Positions 18,155-26,936 of a stretch of 64,000 nt of DNA are shown piece after piece (the stretch's first letter is position 1; each line of letters begins with the position of its first letter). The notes below the pieces were generated by a model. That model was not told the DNA's origin. It saw nothing but the letters and a program-made list of their open reading frames with translations, and did no database searches. Source of the DNA: Bacillota bacterium (GTDB lineage: Bacteria; Bacillota; Clostridia; Lachnospirales; Anaerotignaceae). The position numbers and the translations under genes were made by a program. The DNA is taken from the NCBI GenBank assembly GCA_019422105.1, contig JAHZDZ010000001.1:3491-67490 (forward strand). The letters are read 5' to 3'.

Positions 18155-19678
18155 CTATTCCTTGAAAAGATGAAATTTACTGGTAAAGGAAGTCCCCTCT
18201 CCCAATGTACTGTTCACAATTATCTCTCCGTGATGGCTGTCCATAATCCATTTTGCTATGGAAAGTCCAAGTCCCGTGCCGGGTATCTCCTTATTCCTGG
18301 ATTTATCCGCTCTGTAAAACCGGTCAAAAATATGGGGCAAATCCTCAGCCTCCATGCCGGCGCCATTATCGGATACACTGATATAACCGTACTGTTTATC
18401 CTTCCAGACACAAAACAGTATTTCTCCTGTCTCCTGACTTGTATATTTCAGTGAATTTTCCGTATAAATCCACAACAGCTGCTTTAAAAGGTCAGGATCT
18501 GCATATACCTTTACCTCATCCTTTTCCTCCAGCTTTACCAGACGTCCGGTTTCCATTACCCTTAACTCTCTGGCAATATCCTGTGCCATCTGATTCAGAG
18601 TTATTTCCTGCTTTTGCAGATGGTTTTTATTCTGGTCGCTTTTCGCCAGAAAAAGAAGCTTCTTAATTAAGGTACTCATATGCTCCGTTTCCGCCAGTAT
18701 GGAATCAATGGACTCCTGCAATATCGTCGGATCGCTTTTGCCCCAGCGGTTGACTAAATTGGCATAGCCTTGAATCACAGAAATAGGTGTCCTCAGCTCA
18801 TGACTGGCATCAGAAATAAACTGTGTCTGCCTCTGAAAGGATTCCTCCAGCCTCTCAATCATGGAATTAAAGGTTATACTCAACTCCTTCATTTCATCGT
18901 CAGGCCCGCTCAGCTCTATTCTTTGGCTCAAATCCTCTATGCTGATCCTCTCCGCTGTCTGTCTTATATTCTCCACAGGCTTTAATATCAGGCGGCTGAT
19001 ATACTTTCCTATGAGAAAAGCGATTAAAATACCCACCGCGTCCAATATCAAAAGGCGCAGGGCAAATCCGTAAACGTAATACCTCTGCTCCGTAATCATC
19101 TTAAAGGCCTGAACAAAATAGATGTTTTCTCCGTAGGAAACAGTCCTCTCCACAAGCATAAACTCGTTGCCGCCGTCCCCCTGAATCATATATTCTCTTC
19201 CATCATTGCGGGGGCTTTTTTTCTCATTCTTAATGCTTTTCTCATCAGCGCCGGAAAAGCCGGGGAAACCCTCCTCCTCAGGCGGCAGCTGTGTCCTTCC
19301 CTCTATACCGCCGTCCTTCGCCGAATCCTGATGCCGGATCATGTTTTTCACCATTTCAGGCTGTATGACAAATGGGGGAAGCCCTCCTATGGCACTTTTG
19401 TAATAATCCCCCGTCTTCATATTCACTATCATAAATTCTACATACTTATTCTGCAGAAGTCCCTCCAACGCCTCGTCCGTTATTTCACTTCCCGATTCTA
19501 TGGCCTTCTGGATATTGTCAACAGACTGGATTACCTCCTGTCTTACAGAGCTTTCCCGAACCAAAACTGCGTTTCCCATGATAATTACGCTTATCACAAT
19601 AATGGTCAGGGAAAATATGCCGCCGTATAATATCGTAATTTTCTTTGCTATCTTCGTGTTCTTAAATTTTCCAAGCAT
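18155..19678 (-). CDS. Sensor histidine kinase (two TM helices, HAMP, HisKA, HATPase)
   Basis: H-box SHELRTPISVIQGY, N-box and G-boxes DNGAGM and GTGLGLSIAK. The ATG at 19678 follows GAGGA; the ORF track starts at 19702. Confidence 0.88.
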   Translation of the reverse strand: MLGKFKNTKIAKKITILYGGIFSLTIIVISVIIMGNAVLVRESSVRQEVIQSVDNIQKAIESGSEITDEALEGLLQNKYVEFMIVNMKTGDYYKSAIGGLPPFVIQPEMVKNMIRHQDSAKDGGIEGRTQLPPEEEGFPGFSGADEKSIKNEKKSPRNDGREYMIQGDGGNEFMLVERTVSYGENIYFVQAFKMITEQRYYVYGFALRLLILDAVGILIAFLIGKYISRLILKPVENIRQTAERISIEDLSQRIELSGPDDEMKELSITFNSMIERLEESFQRQTQFISDASHELRTPISVIQGYANLVNRWGKSDPTILQESIDSILAETEHMSTLIKKLLFLAKSDQNKNHLQKQEITLNQMAQDIARELRVMETGRLVKLEEKDEVKVYADPDLLKQLLWIYTENSLKYTSQETGEILFCVWKDKQYGYISVSDNGAGMEAEDLPHIFDRFYRADKSRNKEIPGTGLGLSIAKWIMDSHHGEIIVNSTLGEGTSFTSKFHLFKE

Positions 19679-19682
19679 ACTC

Positions 19683-20369
19683 TCATTCCTCATCCTTGAC
19701 AAAGTAGCCGACGCCTCTGATGGTATGAATATACTTTGTATTAAAATGCTCGTCTATCTTGGCGCGCAGATAACGGACATACACATCCACAACATTAGTC
19801 TCTCCTATATAATTGTAGCCCCACACCTGATTGAGAATCTGCTCTCTGCTCAAAACGATATTTTTATTCTGCACCATGTAAAGCAAAAGCTCATACTCCT
19901 TTTTGGTCAGCTCCACAGCCTCGTCCTTTACCTTGACAAAGCGCTTATCCATATCAATGGTCAAATCCTGTACCTGAAGAATATTTTTTTTATCACTGCG
20001 CTGCCTGTTCCTTTTCAGCGCAACCCTCATACGCGCCAAAAGCTCTTCTATGGCAAAGGGCTTCGTGATATAATCGTCGGCACCGCTGTCAAGCCCCGCC
20101 ACCTTATCCATCACCTCATCCTTTGCCGTAAGCATTATAATAGGGATATCGGAGGATTTGCGTATTCTTCTGCATATCTCTATGCCATTGAGCCCCGGAA
20201 GCATCAGATCAAGGAGCAGGAGATCAAACTCCCCCTCCAAAAAAGTATCAAGTCCTTCCCTGCCGTTATGGCAGATTGTCACCTGGTAACCCTCGTATTT
20301 CAGTTCCAGCTCAACAAACCTGGCAAGCTTGATTTCATCCTCAATAAGTAAAATTCTTCCGTTTTCCAT
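19683..20369 (-). CDS. OmpR/PhoB-family response regulator
   Basis: Receiver domain (LLLDLMLPGLNG, LTAKD) plus a winged-helix domain (TIRGVGYFV). Confidence 0.9.
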   Translation of the reverse strand: MENGRILLIEDEIKLARFVELELKYEGYQVTICHNGREGLDTFLEGEFDLLLLDLMLPGLNGIEICRRIRKSSDIPIIMLTAKDEVMDKVAGLDSGADDYITKPFAIEELLARMRVALKRNRQRSDKKNILQVQDLTIDMDKRFVKVKDEAVELTKKEYELLLYMVQNKNIVLSREQILNQVWGYNYIGETNVVDVYVRYLRAKIDEHFNTKYIHTIRGVGYFVKDEE

Positions 20370-20416
20370 GTTTTTCCGTCTCCTATCCTGATTTCCCTTT
20401 CTGCTTTACCTGACGA

Positions 20417-21634
20417 TTATTCAAAGCGCAGGGCTTCAATGGGGTCTAAAAGAGCCGCCTTATTGGCAGGCGCCACACCAAAAACAATGCCGATTGCCAT
20501 GGATATGCCCACAGCCCCCACAATAGAAATGAAAGACATGACCGGTGCAATTCCCGCAAAGCTGCCAATCACCAGTGCTCCCAGCCAGCCAAATAAGAGT
20601 CCCATAAAACCGCCGATACCGGTTAATATGATGGCTTCCGTGATAAACTGTGTCCTGATATCCTTATTTTTCGCCCCTATAGCCTTTCTGATACCGATTT
20701 CCTTTGTCCTCTCCGTCACTGTTACCATCATAATGTTCATAACACCGATACCGCCTACCAAAAGGGATATGGCAGCAACAAAGCCGATAAACAGCGTCAC
20801 ATAGGACAGTATGGAATTGATGGAATCCACAATTTCTGTGGTATCCTGTATATAATATTTGTCCTTATTTCCGTGAAAATCCGAGAGGGCGTTCAAAATT
20901 GCCGTCTTCATCTCCTCCGACTGACTGACGTCCTCCAATACAACGGATATGCCGCCCAGCGTAGAACCCGTAAAAATTTTCATGGCTGTGCCAATCGGCA
21001 TAATGACAGAGTCAGGATACTCATCACTGAACTCGCTTTCTGTGGAGGCATTCGCATTTTCTGTTATGCCCACAACCGTCAGCTTATTGGTGCCCTTCCA
21101 TGTCTTCAGGGATATCTTCTGCCCTATGACATCCTCCCCGCTCTCTCCAAACACCTTTAACGCCGTTGTGTCGTTGATGACACAGACGGAGCTTTTCAGC
21201 TGAGAGTCATTATTTGTAATATATCTTCCATATAACAGCTTGTCGTTATTGATATACTTATAATCTGACATTACGCCCGTAACAGAAGCATTATTTGTCT
21301 CCTGAGGATCAAGAAGCTTAATGACGGCATTATTTCCGCTGTAGGTAGGGGATATATACTGTATCCCCTCCATTTTTTTGAGCAGGTCGTAATCATCCAT
21401 GGTAAGTAAATCCCTTGTCTCAATATCTCTTGAAGAAACCATGCTGATTGTCAGAGAGCCTGTGCCGAAGGATTCAAATTCCTCCTCTATAGCCGCCTGG
21501 CTGCCGTTTCCGATGGACACTATCATAATCACCGAGCTGATACCAATAATTATACCAAGCATGGTCAGAAATGTCCTCAGTTTATTGGAAAATACATTTT
21601 GAAAGGATGATTTCAAGCATTCCAAAAAGTCCAC
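20417..21634 (-). CDS. ABC transporter permease, MacB/FtsX type
   Basis: 405 aa: one TM helix, a large extracytoplasmic domain, then three C-terminal TM helices (FtsX fold, ERTKEIGIRKAIGA motif). The GTG start lies 2 nt after the ATPase stop. Confidence 0.85.
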   Translation of the reverse strand: MDFLECLKSSFQNVFSNKLRTFLTMLGIIIGISSVIMIVSIGNGSQAAIEEEFESFGTGSLTISMVSSRDIETRDLLTMDDYDLLKKMEGIQYISPTYSGNNAVIKLLDPQETNNASVTGVMSDYKYINNDKLLYGRYITNNDSQLKSSVCVINDTTALKVFGESGEDVIGQKISLKTWKGTNKLTVVGITENANASTESEFSDEYPDSVIMPIGTAMKIFTGSTLGGISVVLEDVSQSEEMKTAILNALSDFHGNKDKYYIQDTTEIVDSINSILSYVTLFIGFVAAISLLVGGIGVMNIMMVTVTERTKEIGIRKAIGAKNKDIRTQFITEAIILTGIGGFMGLLFGWLGALVIGSFAGIAPVMSFISIVGAVGISMAIGIVFGVAPANKAALLDPIEALRFE

Positions 21635-21635
21635 C

Positions 21636-22358
21636 TTATGCCGCCCCCCCTGCTGTCTTTCTATCCATCACCGGACCGTCGTTTATAATATGTCCGTCCT
21701 TAAAGAGCACAATTCTTTTGGTAAACCGGGCTACATCCTCCTCATGGGTTACCATCACAACCGTAACACCGTCGTTATTCAGTTTTTGAAAAATCTCCAT
21801 TATCTCCACCGTTGAACGGCTGTCCAGATTTCCGGTTGGCTCATCCGCCATGATAATGGCCGGATCGTTTACCAGACTTCTGGCAATGGCCACCCTCTGC
21901 CTCTGTCCTCCGGACAGCTCGTTCGGCTTATGGTGCACTCTCTTTTCAAGTCCTACCTTTGCCAGAGCGTCCATTGCCCTTTCCCTTCTCGTCCTTCTGT
22001 CAAAGCCCGCGTATACCATCGGCAGCTCCACATTTTCCAGTGCGCTGAGCTTTGGCAGAAGATTGAAGGACTGAAAAACAAATCCTATCTTTCTGTTTCT
22101 GATTTCGGCAAGCTGGCCGTCTCTGAAATGAGCCACATTTTCACCCTCCAGAAAATACTCCCCGCTGCTTGGCGTATCCAGACACCCCAGAATATTCATC
22201 ATAGTGGATTTTCCCGACCCGCTGGTTCCCATAATAGAAACAAATTCACCCTGGCTCACGCTGAAATTAATATTTTCCAGGGCAAGCACTGCAAGCTCTC
22301 CCTGATTATACTGTTTACACAAATTTTCTAACCGAAGCAATTCCATTTTTCTCACCAT
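21636..22358 (-). CDS. ABC transporter ATP-binding protein (MacB/LolD-like)
   Basis: Walker A GTSGSGKST, signature LSGGQRQRVAIARSL, Walker B IIMADEPTGNLD. Alternative start at 22346. Confidence 0.92.
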   Translation of the reverse strand: MVRKMELLRLENLCKQYNQGELAVLALENINFSVSQGEFVSIMGTSGSGKSTMMNILGCLDTPSSGEYFLEGENVAHFRDGQLAEIRNRKIGFVFQSFNLLPKLSALENVELPMVYAGFDRRTRRERAMDALAKVGLEKRVHHKPNELSGGQRQRVAIARSLVNDPAIIMADEPTGNLDSRSTVEIMEIFQKLNNDGVTVVMVTHEEDVARFTKRIVLFKDGHIINDGPVMDRKTAGGAA

Positions 22359-22367
22359 CCCACTGTT

Positions 22368-23984
22368 TTATCGTGGCCCTCCGCCACCGCCGCCTGGCAT
22401 TCCGCCTCCGCCCTGCATACCGCCTGACGGCCTGCCGCTTCCCATGCCCCCGCCGGTTACGCTGTCCAAAATAGAGCCTTCCGCCGACTGCTTATTGCCG
22501 CTTTGCGCAGAAGTGCCTGTGGCATAGTCCATAAGACTTGCGCCGTCCTTTACCGTATCGTCGGGACTTGTCATAAACATATCCCCTTCACTCAATCCGC
22601 TTATAAGCTCTACATACATGTCGCTGTAGGTTCCAAGCTCCACCTCTGTCTTTTTCAATGTTCCTCCGTTTTCCACAACAAATACGCAGGTGCTGTCGTC
22701 CTCATCCACCACAACGGAAGATACCGGAATGTAAGTGACGTCCTTCAAATCTATCACAATTATCTCCATATCAAAGCTGAACCCCGGCTTTACCAGTTCA
22801 TCGGGATTATCCATATGTACCACGATGGGCACCGTCGTTTCCGATCCGCTTATGGTAGAACGGCTTTCCGCTGTAGGCTCTATTTTTGTCACAGTACCTG
22901 TATATATTTTGTCCTCTATGCCGTCTGAGGTCATTTCCACCTTCTGTCCGACCTGTATCTTGGCAATGTCATATTCGGAAACGTAGGCCTCCACATCCAG
23001 ATTTGTCAAATCCGCCACCTTCATCATAACAGTGCTGTCCGTCAGCATTTGCCCCTCCACGGCATTTGACTCAATAACGGTACCCGATATAGGGCTGTAA
23101 GTGGCCTCCGTCAGCTTATCCAGATTATTCTGAGCCGTTTCCACATTCATCTGGGCCGTCTTCACGGTATTTTGCTGCTTGACATAGCTGTTATAGGTTG
23201 ACTTGTCATTGAGCTTATTCTGGCCGTTTTCCAGATTCAGCTCCGCCTTCTCCAAAGCCAGCTCCAAAGCTTCAATGGATTGCTCCTTCGATTGAAGATT
23301 CTGTTTGGCCTCGTTTAAAGAGGAAACCGCGTTTTCATATTCCTCCACCGATTTGTCATAGTCCGACTGACTGACGCCTCCAATAGTCAAAAGCTCCTCA
23401 TTGTTTTCCATATCCGTTTGAGCATTTTTTAAGGCAGTTTCCGCCTGATTCGTCTTTGTTTTATAGGTTTCAATCTCTGCCTTGGCATCATCCAGACTCT
23501 TTTGAGCGGACACTACCTGACTTTTCAAGTCTATAAGCTCCGTGCCGCTTGCAGGCTCAGAGAGTTCATTCAGGGCAATTTGTGCATTTTGCAGACTGAT
23601 TTTTGCTTCCGCCAGCTTATTTTCCAGCTCCATTTTTGTATCCGCAATATCATAAGTAACCAGAAGCTGGCCTTCCTCCACTTTGTCGCCCACTTCCGCA
23701 TAAACCTTGTCAACCTCCTGGGACAGCTCAATAAAAATAGAGTATTCATCCGCCGCTACGGTTGTTCCGTCCGCGGATACCCTCTGGTCAAGGCTTCCCC
23801 TCTCTACCCCTGATGTGGAAGGCGGTACCGTCACCTCCTTAGGTGTGCCGCCAAATGTTCTGGCGGTAACAATAAACCCACAGACAGCCACAACAAGTAC
23901 ACCGCCCGTCAAAAAAATAGTTTTTCTGCTGATTTTCCCCTTCCATTTCTCCATATCGAAATTTACCTTACGCACAGCATTCAC
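22368..23984 (-). CDS. Efflux periplasmic-adaptor (HlyD/MacA-like membrane fusion protein) with a Gly/Met-rich C-terminal tail
   Basis: N-terminal TM anchor, lipoyl-like segments flanking a long coiled-coil hairpin, then beta-barrel regions. The tail is GGGMGSGRPSGGMQGGGGMPGGGGGGPR. Confidence 0.8.
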   Translation of the reverse strand: MNAVRKVNFDMEKWKGKISRKTIFLTGGVLVVAVCGFIVTARTFGGTPKEVTVPPSTSGVERGSLDQRVSADGTTVAADEYSIFIELSQEVDKVYAEVGDKVEEGQLLVTYDIADTKMELENKLAEAKISLQNAQIALNELSEPASGTELIDLKSQVVSAQKSLDDAKAEIETYKTKTNQAETALKNAQTDMENNEELLTIGGVSQSDYDKSVEEYENAVSSLNEAKQNLQSKEQSIEALELALEKAELNLENGQNKLNDKSTYNSYVKQQNTVKTAQMNVETAQNNLDKLTEATYSPISGTVIESNAVEGQMLTDSTVMMKVADLTNLDVEAYVSEYDIAKIQVGQKVEMTSDGIEDKIYTGTVTKIEPTAESRSTISGSETTVPIVVHMDNPDELVKPGFSFDMEIIVIDLKDVTYIPVSSVVVDEDDSTCVFVVENGGTLKKTEVELGTYSDMYVELISGLSEGDMFMTSPDDTVKDGASLMDYATGTSAQSGNKQSAEGSILDSVTGGGMGSGRPSGGMQGGGGMPGGGGGGPR

Positions 23985-24097
23985 TCCTCAATCCATTTTC
24001 TTTGCTATTGACAATAACAGTATAGGAAAGTCCTCTTAAAATGCTATTTGCCAATCATTAAAAAAACATTAGAAAAAAACAATGGAAAAGGTTCGAT

Positions 24098-24126
24098 TTG
24101 CATGTGAGACGGGTTTGTTATATAAT
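24098..24126 (+). promoter_or_regulatory. Sigma-A-like promoter for the lipoprotein gene
   Basis: TTGCAT (24098-24103), 17-nt spacer, TATAAT (24121-24126). Confidence 0.6.
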
Positions 24127-24185
24127 AAGGCGCATGTCAGAGAAATTTGCCTGAAAATTATATTATGCTTGGAGGTATTATTGCA

Positions 24186-25190
24186 ATGAAAAAAATACTG
24201 TCTATCGTTATCGCAGCAGTACTGTGCCTAGGACTTTTCAGCGGCTGCAACGCCAAAAAGGAAGAGGCCGATGACGGCAGAACCATTACCTACCCTGAAA
24301 TCGGCCTTAGCTTCCGCGCACCGGACAGCTGGAAGGAATACGAGGATACCAACCTGTACGCTGTGACAACGCAGGGCGATGGATATATCGCCAAAGTTAA
24401 ATACAGCTTCATTTCAGCAGAGGATAAGGCGGCCTTGGAGGACGGATCTGCTGATTTTGATCTGGAGGACGCATTAAAGGCAATCTGTGAATTTGTAGTT
24501 CTGGAAAAAGAAAACCTGGAAACTGTCGGCGTACAAAATCTTTTTTCTTCCTATTCCTCCGCCGAAGAAATCGGGAGCCATGAGAATGATATATACTACC
24601 TGCTCTCCGGCGCCTCCCCCAATCTGGACGGCCTCTCCGATGAGGACAGAAATGCGTATCAGACAATGGCTGACTCCGTTAGTGATATGAAAGCCACTGT
24701 CTCCGTTACGGGCGTAAACAGGGAAGCTTTGGAGGAAGCTGTGTACGGAGACGGAAATACCATAACTTTTATGACAAAAACATTGAAGGACGAGGACATA
24801 GACTCAACCGTCTTTGCCCCCTATGAGGTTACCATGATTAATTTCGGCGCAACCTATGCAGCCGATGAAAGTCCAGTGCTGGAAGAATTGAAAAAAAAGC
24901 TGGCGGATTACCCTGAGGTAAATTTAATTGCCGCCTATATCGATACGCCGGAAAACACGGCAAACCAGAAGGGACTTGAGATGCGCAATTCCGCCGGCGC
25001 AACCTTCCAAACGCTTGTGCTTGACGCTTCTCTTGCTCAATGGGTCACATCGAACCTGGAAGGCGTGCCAACCACCATATTTGTCAATAAGGACGGCGAT
25101 ATCATAGGCAACCAGATACAGGGAGCCCAAACGGCTGAGGACTATATGTCTAAAATACAGGATGCACTAACAATTGTGAGAAACAGTTAA
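24186..25190 (+). CDS. Lipoprotein with a C-terminal TlpA/ResA-like thioredoxin fold that lacks the CxxC active site
   Basis: Lipobox LGLFSGC. The C-terminal segment INFGATYAADE...GVPTTIFVNKDGDIIG aligns by eye to FWATWCGPC...GLPTTFLIDKDG of TlpA-like proteins, with YAAD replacing CxxC. GGAGG lies 10 nt before the ATG at 24186; the ORF track starts at 24147. Confidence 0.6.
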   Translation: MKKILSIVIAAVLCLGLFSGCNAKKEEADDGRTITYPEIGLSFRAPDSWKEYEDTNLYAVTTQGDGYIAKVKYSFISAEDKAALEDGSADFDLEDALKAICEFVVLEKENLETVGVQNLFSSYSSAEEIGSHENDIYYLLSGASPNLDGLSDEDRNAYQTMADSVSDMKATVSVTGVNREALEEAVYGDGNTITFMTKTLKDEDIDSTVFAPYEVTMINFGATYAADESPVLEELKKKLADYPEVNLIAAYIDTPENTANQKGLEMRNSAGATFQTLVLDASLAQWVTSNLEGVPTTIFVNKDGDIIGNQIQGAQTAEDYMSKIQDALTIVRNS

Positions 25191-25206
25191 AAAAGCTTTA
25201 ATGAAA

Positions 25207-25250
25207 CAAAGGCAGAATCAGATTTACCTGATTCCGCCTTTGTTTTTCTT
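25207..25250 (+). terminator. Rho-independent terminator of the lipoprotein gene
   Basis: AAAGGCAGAATCAG-ATTTAC-CTGATTCCGCCTTT followed by GTTTTTCTTT. Confidence 0.75.
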
Positions 25251-25371
25251 TCCCTATGGCACATTTCCCGCATTTTCAGCTTCATTTTAAAGGGCACAAA
25301 TCCATTGCCCTCCTGCCGCCCGCATTTTTTTGCCGTCCTCTCTCCGGCCTTGAAAAAAGGCTCTTTCCCTT

Positions 25372-26112
25372 TTAAAGCCCCTCCAAAAGATAACGGAGCA
25401 TGGTCTGATAATGGTTTAAAAAATCACGGGTCAGGGTATAGTGCTCCGTCTTTTCATATTCAGTTAGATGAAACCCTTCTTCATTAATTACATATATTTC
25501 CGCCCCCGGCAGACTCATGAGTATGGGAGAGTGGGTGGCAATCACAAATTGGGATCCCGCCTTTGCCAATTCATATATTCTCGCCAGCAAGGTCATCTGT
25601 CCTGACGGCGACAGGGCGGACTCAGGTTCATCTAAAATATAAAGTCCCTCTCCCCCAAAACGGTTCATTATCAATGACAAAAAGCTTTCCCCGTGAGATT
25701 GGCTGTGAAGGGATTTCCCTCCATAGGCATACTGCAAGGGTACTATCTCATCCAGCTTATCTATTTCCGTAGCCAGATTATAAAAGCTTTCCGCTCTGAG
25801 GAAAAAACCATCTTTCGGCGCATGAATTCCCTTGGATACTTTAATATATTGGAAAAAGGGAGAATGGGTTTCACAGGATGCAAAATTAAAGTTTCTGGAT
25901 CCGCCCTCCGCATTGAATCCCATATTGACGGCAATCGCCTCCAAAAGGGTCGATTTGCCGCAGCCATTTTCCCCTGCAAAAAAGGTGATATTGCTTTTAA
26001 AATTCAGTTCCTTCAAATTTTTCACCACTGGAAGCGAAAATATATAGTTGTCTCCCTCCCATAAGCAGTCATCTTTCTTTTTAATTCTGCACAAAAACAA
26101 ATCGCTGAACAA
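25372..26112 (-). CDS. Stand-alone AAA/ABC-like ATPase (COG3910-like predicted ATPase)
   Basis: Walker A GENGCGKSTLLEAI, Q-loop and signature-like SHGESF, Walker B LYILDEPESALSP. No TM region. Confidence 0.7.
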   Translation of the reverse strand: MFSDLFLCRIKKKDDCLWEGDNYIFSLPVVKNLKELNFKSNITFFAGENGCGKSTLLEAIAVNMGFNAEGGSRNFNFASCETHSPFFQYIKVSKGIHAPKDGFFLRAESFYNLATEIDKLDEIVPLQYAYGGKSLHSQSHGESFLSLIMNRFGGEGLYILDEPESALSPSGQMTLLARIYELAKAGSQFVIATHSPILMSLPGAEIYVINEEGFHLTEYEKTEHYTLTRDFLNHYQTMLRYLLEGL

Positions 26113-26542
26113 CGAAAAAACCTCCCTTTTTCGTCTTATACAAAAACGTTTCCTTTACCGCATTCTTATATTATAAAGATTCTCTTCACAAAAAGCAAAA
26201 AATATATTTTATCTGTTAATAATAATTATCAGTCACTTTATCTAAGAAAAGCATCACATATCATTATATTTAATAGCCAAAGGAAACCATTATTTGCATC
26301 TTATTTCTATATATTTCGTATACTGAAAATCCATATTTCAGCGAAAAACAAGTGTCTCCCCCACAAAGCATAACGTATACACAATACAAGGCAGAAGCAC
26401 AGCAGAACAATTTTAATAAAGCCACATTTATTTTCATCTAAAAAACGCACAATTACAGATATTATTTGTTAATATTTTATCAATTTGTATTAGTGCAGTG
26501 CATTATAACGTTCTCTCGTTTTTTTGTGTATCATATCCATTA

Positions 26543-26722
26543 TGCGATATATTGGTAAATATAGACAAAAAACTGTCTCAATTATTTACTATCGATTCGC
26601 AGTTTTTGAGTTGACTTTTATATTCTGTAATGATAATCTAAATTCATAAAAAAATTCGGTATATCAAATGCAATATATCGCATTTAACATTTGTTTCCTT
26701 TTATCAGGGTGTGCGATATATT
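26543..26722. promoter_or_regulatory. Three copies of the 11-mer TGCGATATATT (candidate operator sites)
   Basis: Copies at 26543-26553 (+), 26672-26682 (-) and 26712-26722 (+). The middle copy sits in the palindromic context ATGCAATATATCGCAT. Confidence 0.45.
26611..26639 (+). promoter_or_regulatory. Sigma-A-like promoter upstream of the membrane-protein/amidohydrolase operon
   Basis: TTGACT (26611-26616), 17-nt spacer, TAATCT (26634-26639). This implies a 5' leader of about 290 nt. Confidence 0.4.
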
Positions 26723-26936
26723 ACACATTATCTCACAATTAACGACACAAGCTTTCATTCCTTTCAGTTACATATCAAAAATATACCGAAAAGAATTTAT
26801 ATTATTGTAACCAAGTAAATAATAGGCAAGGAGGCGAATTAGGAATCAATCTGACAGCAATCATATTGTAATAATGAGTCAAAAAGGGAATAGGTCACAA
26901 AAAATGAAATTATAAATAAATTTGGAGGGATTTTGA

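Noticed and set aside
19500-20351. 283-aa plus-strand ORF
   Set aside because: It lies entirely antisense to the well-supported response regulator and histidine kinase genes. It has no RBS, and its composition (Ile/Leu/His/Phe-rich) is typical of the mirror frame of a real gene.
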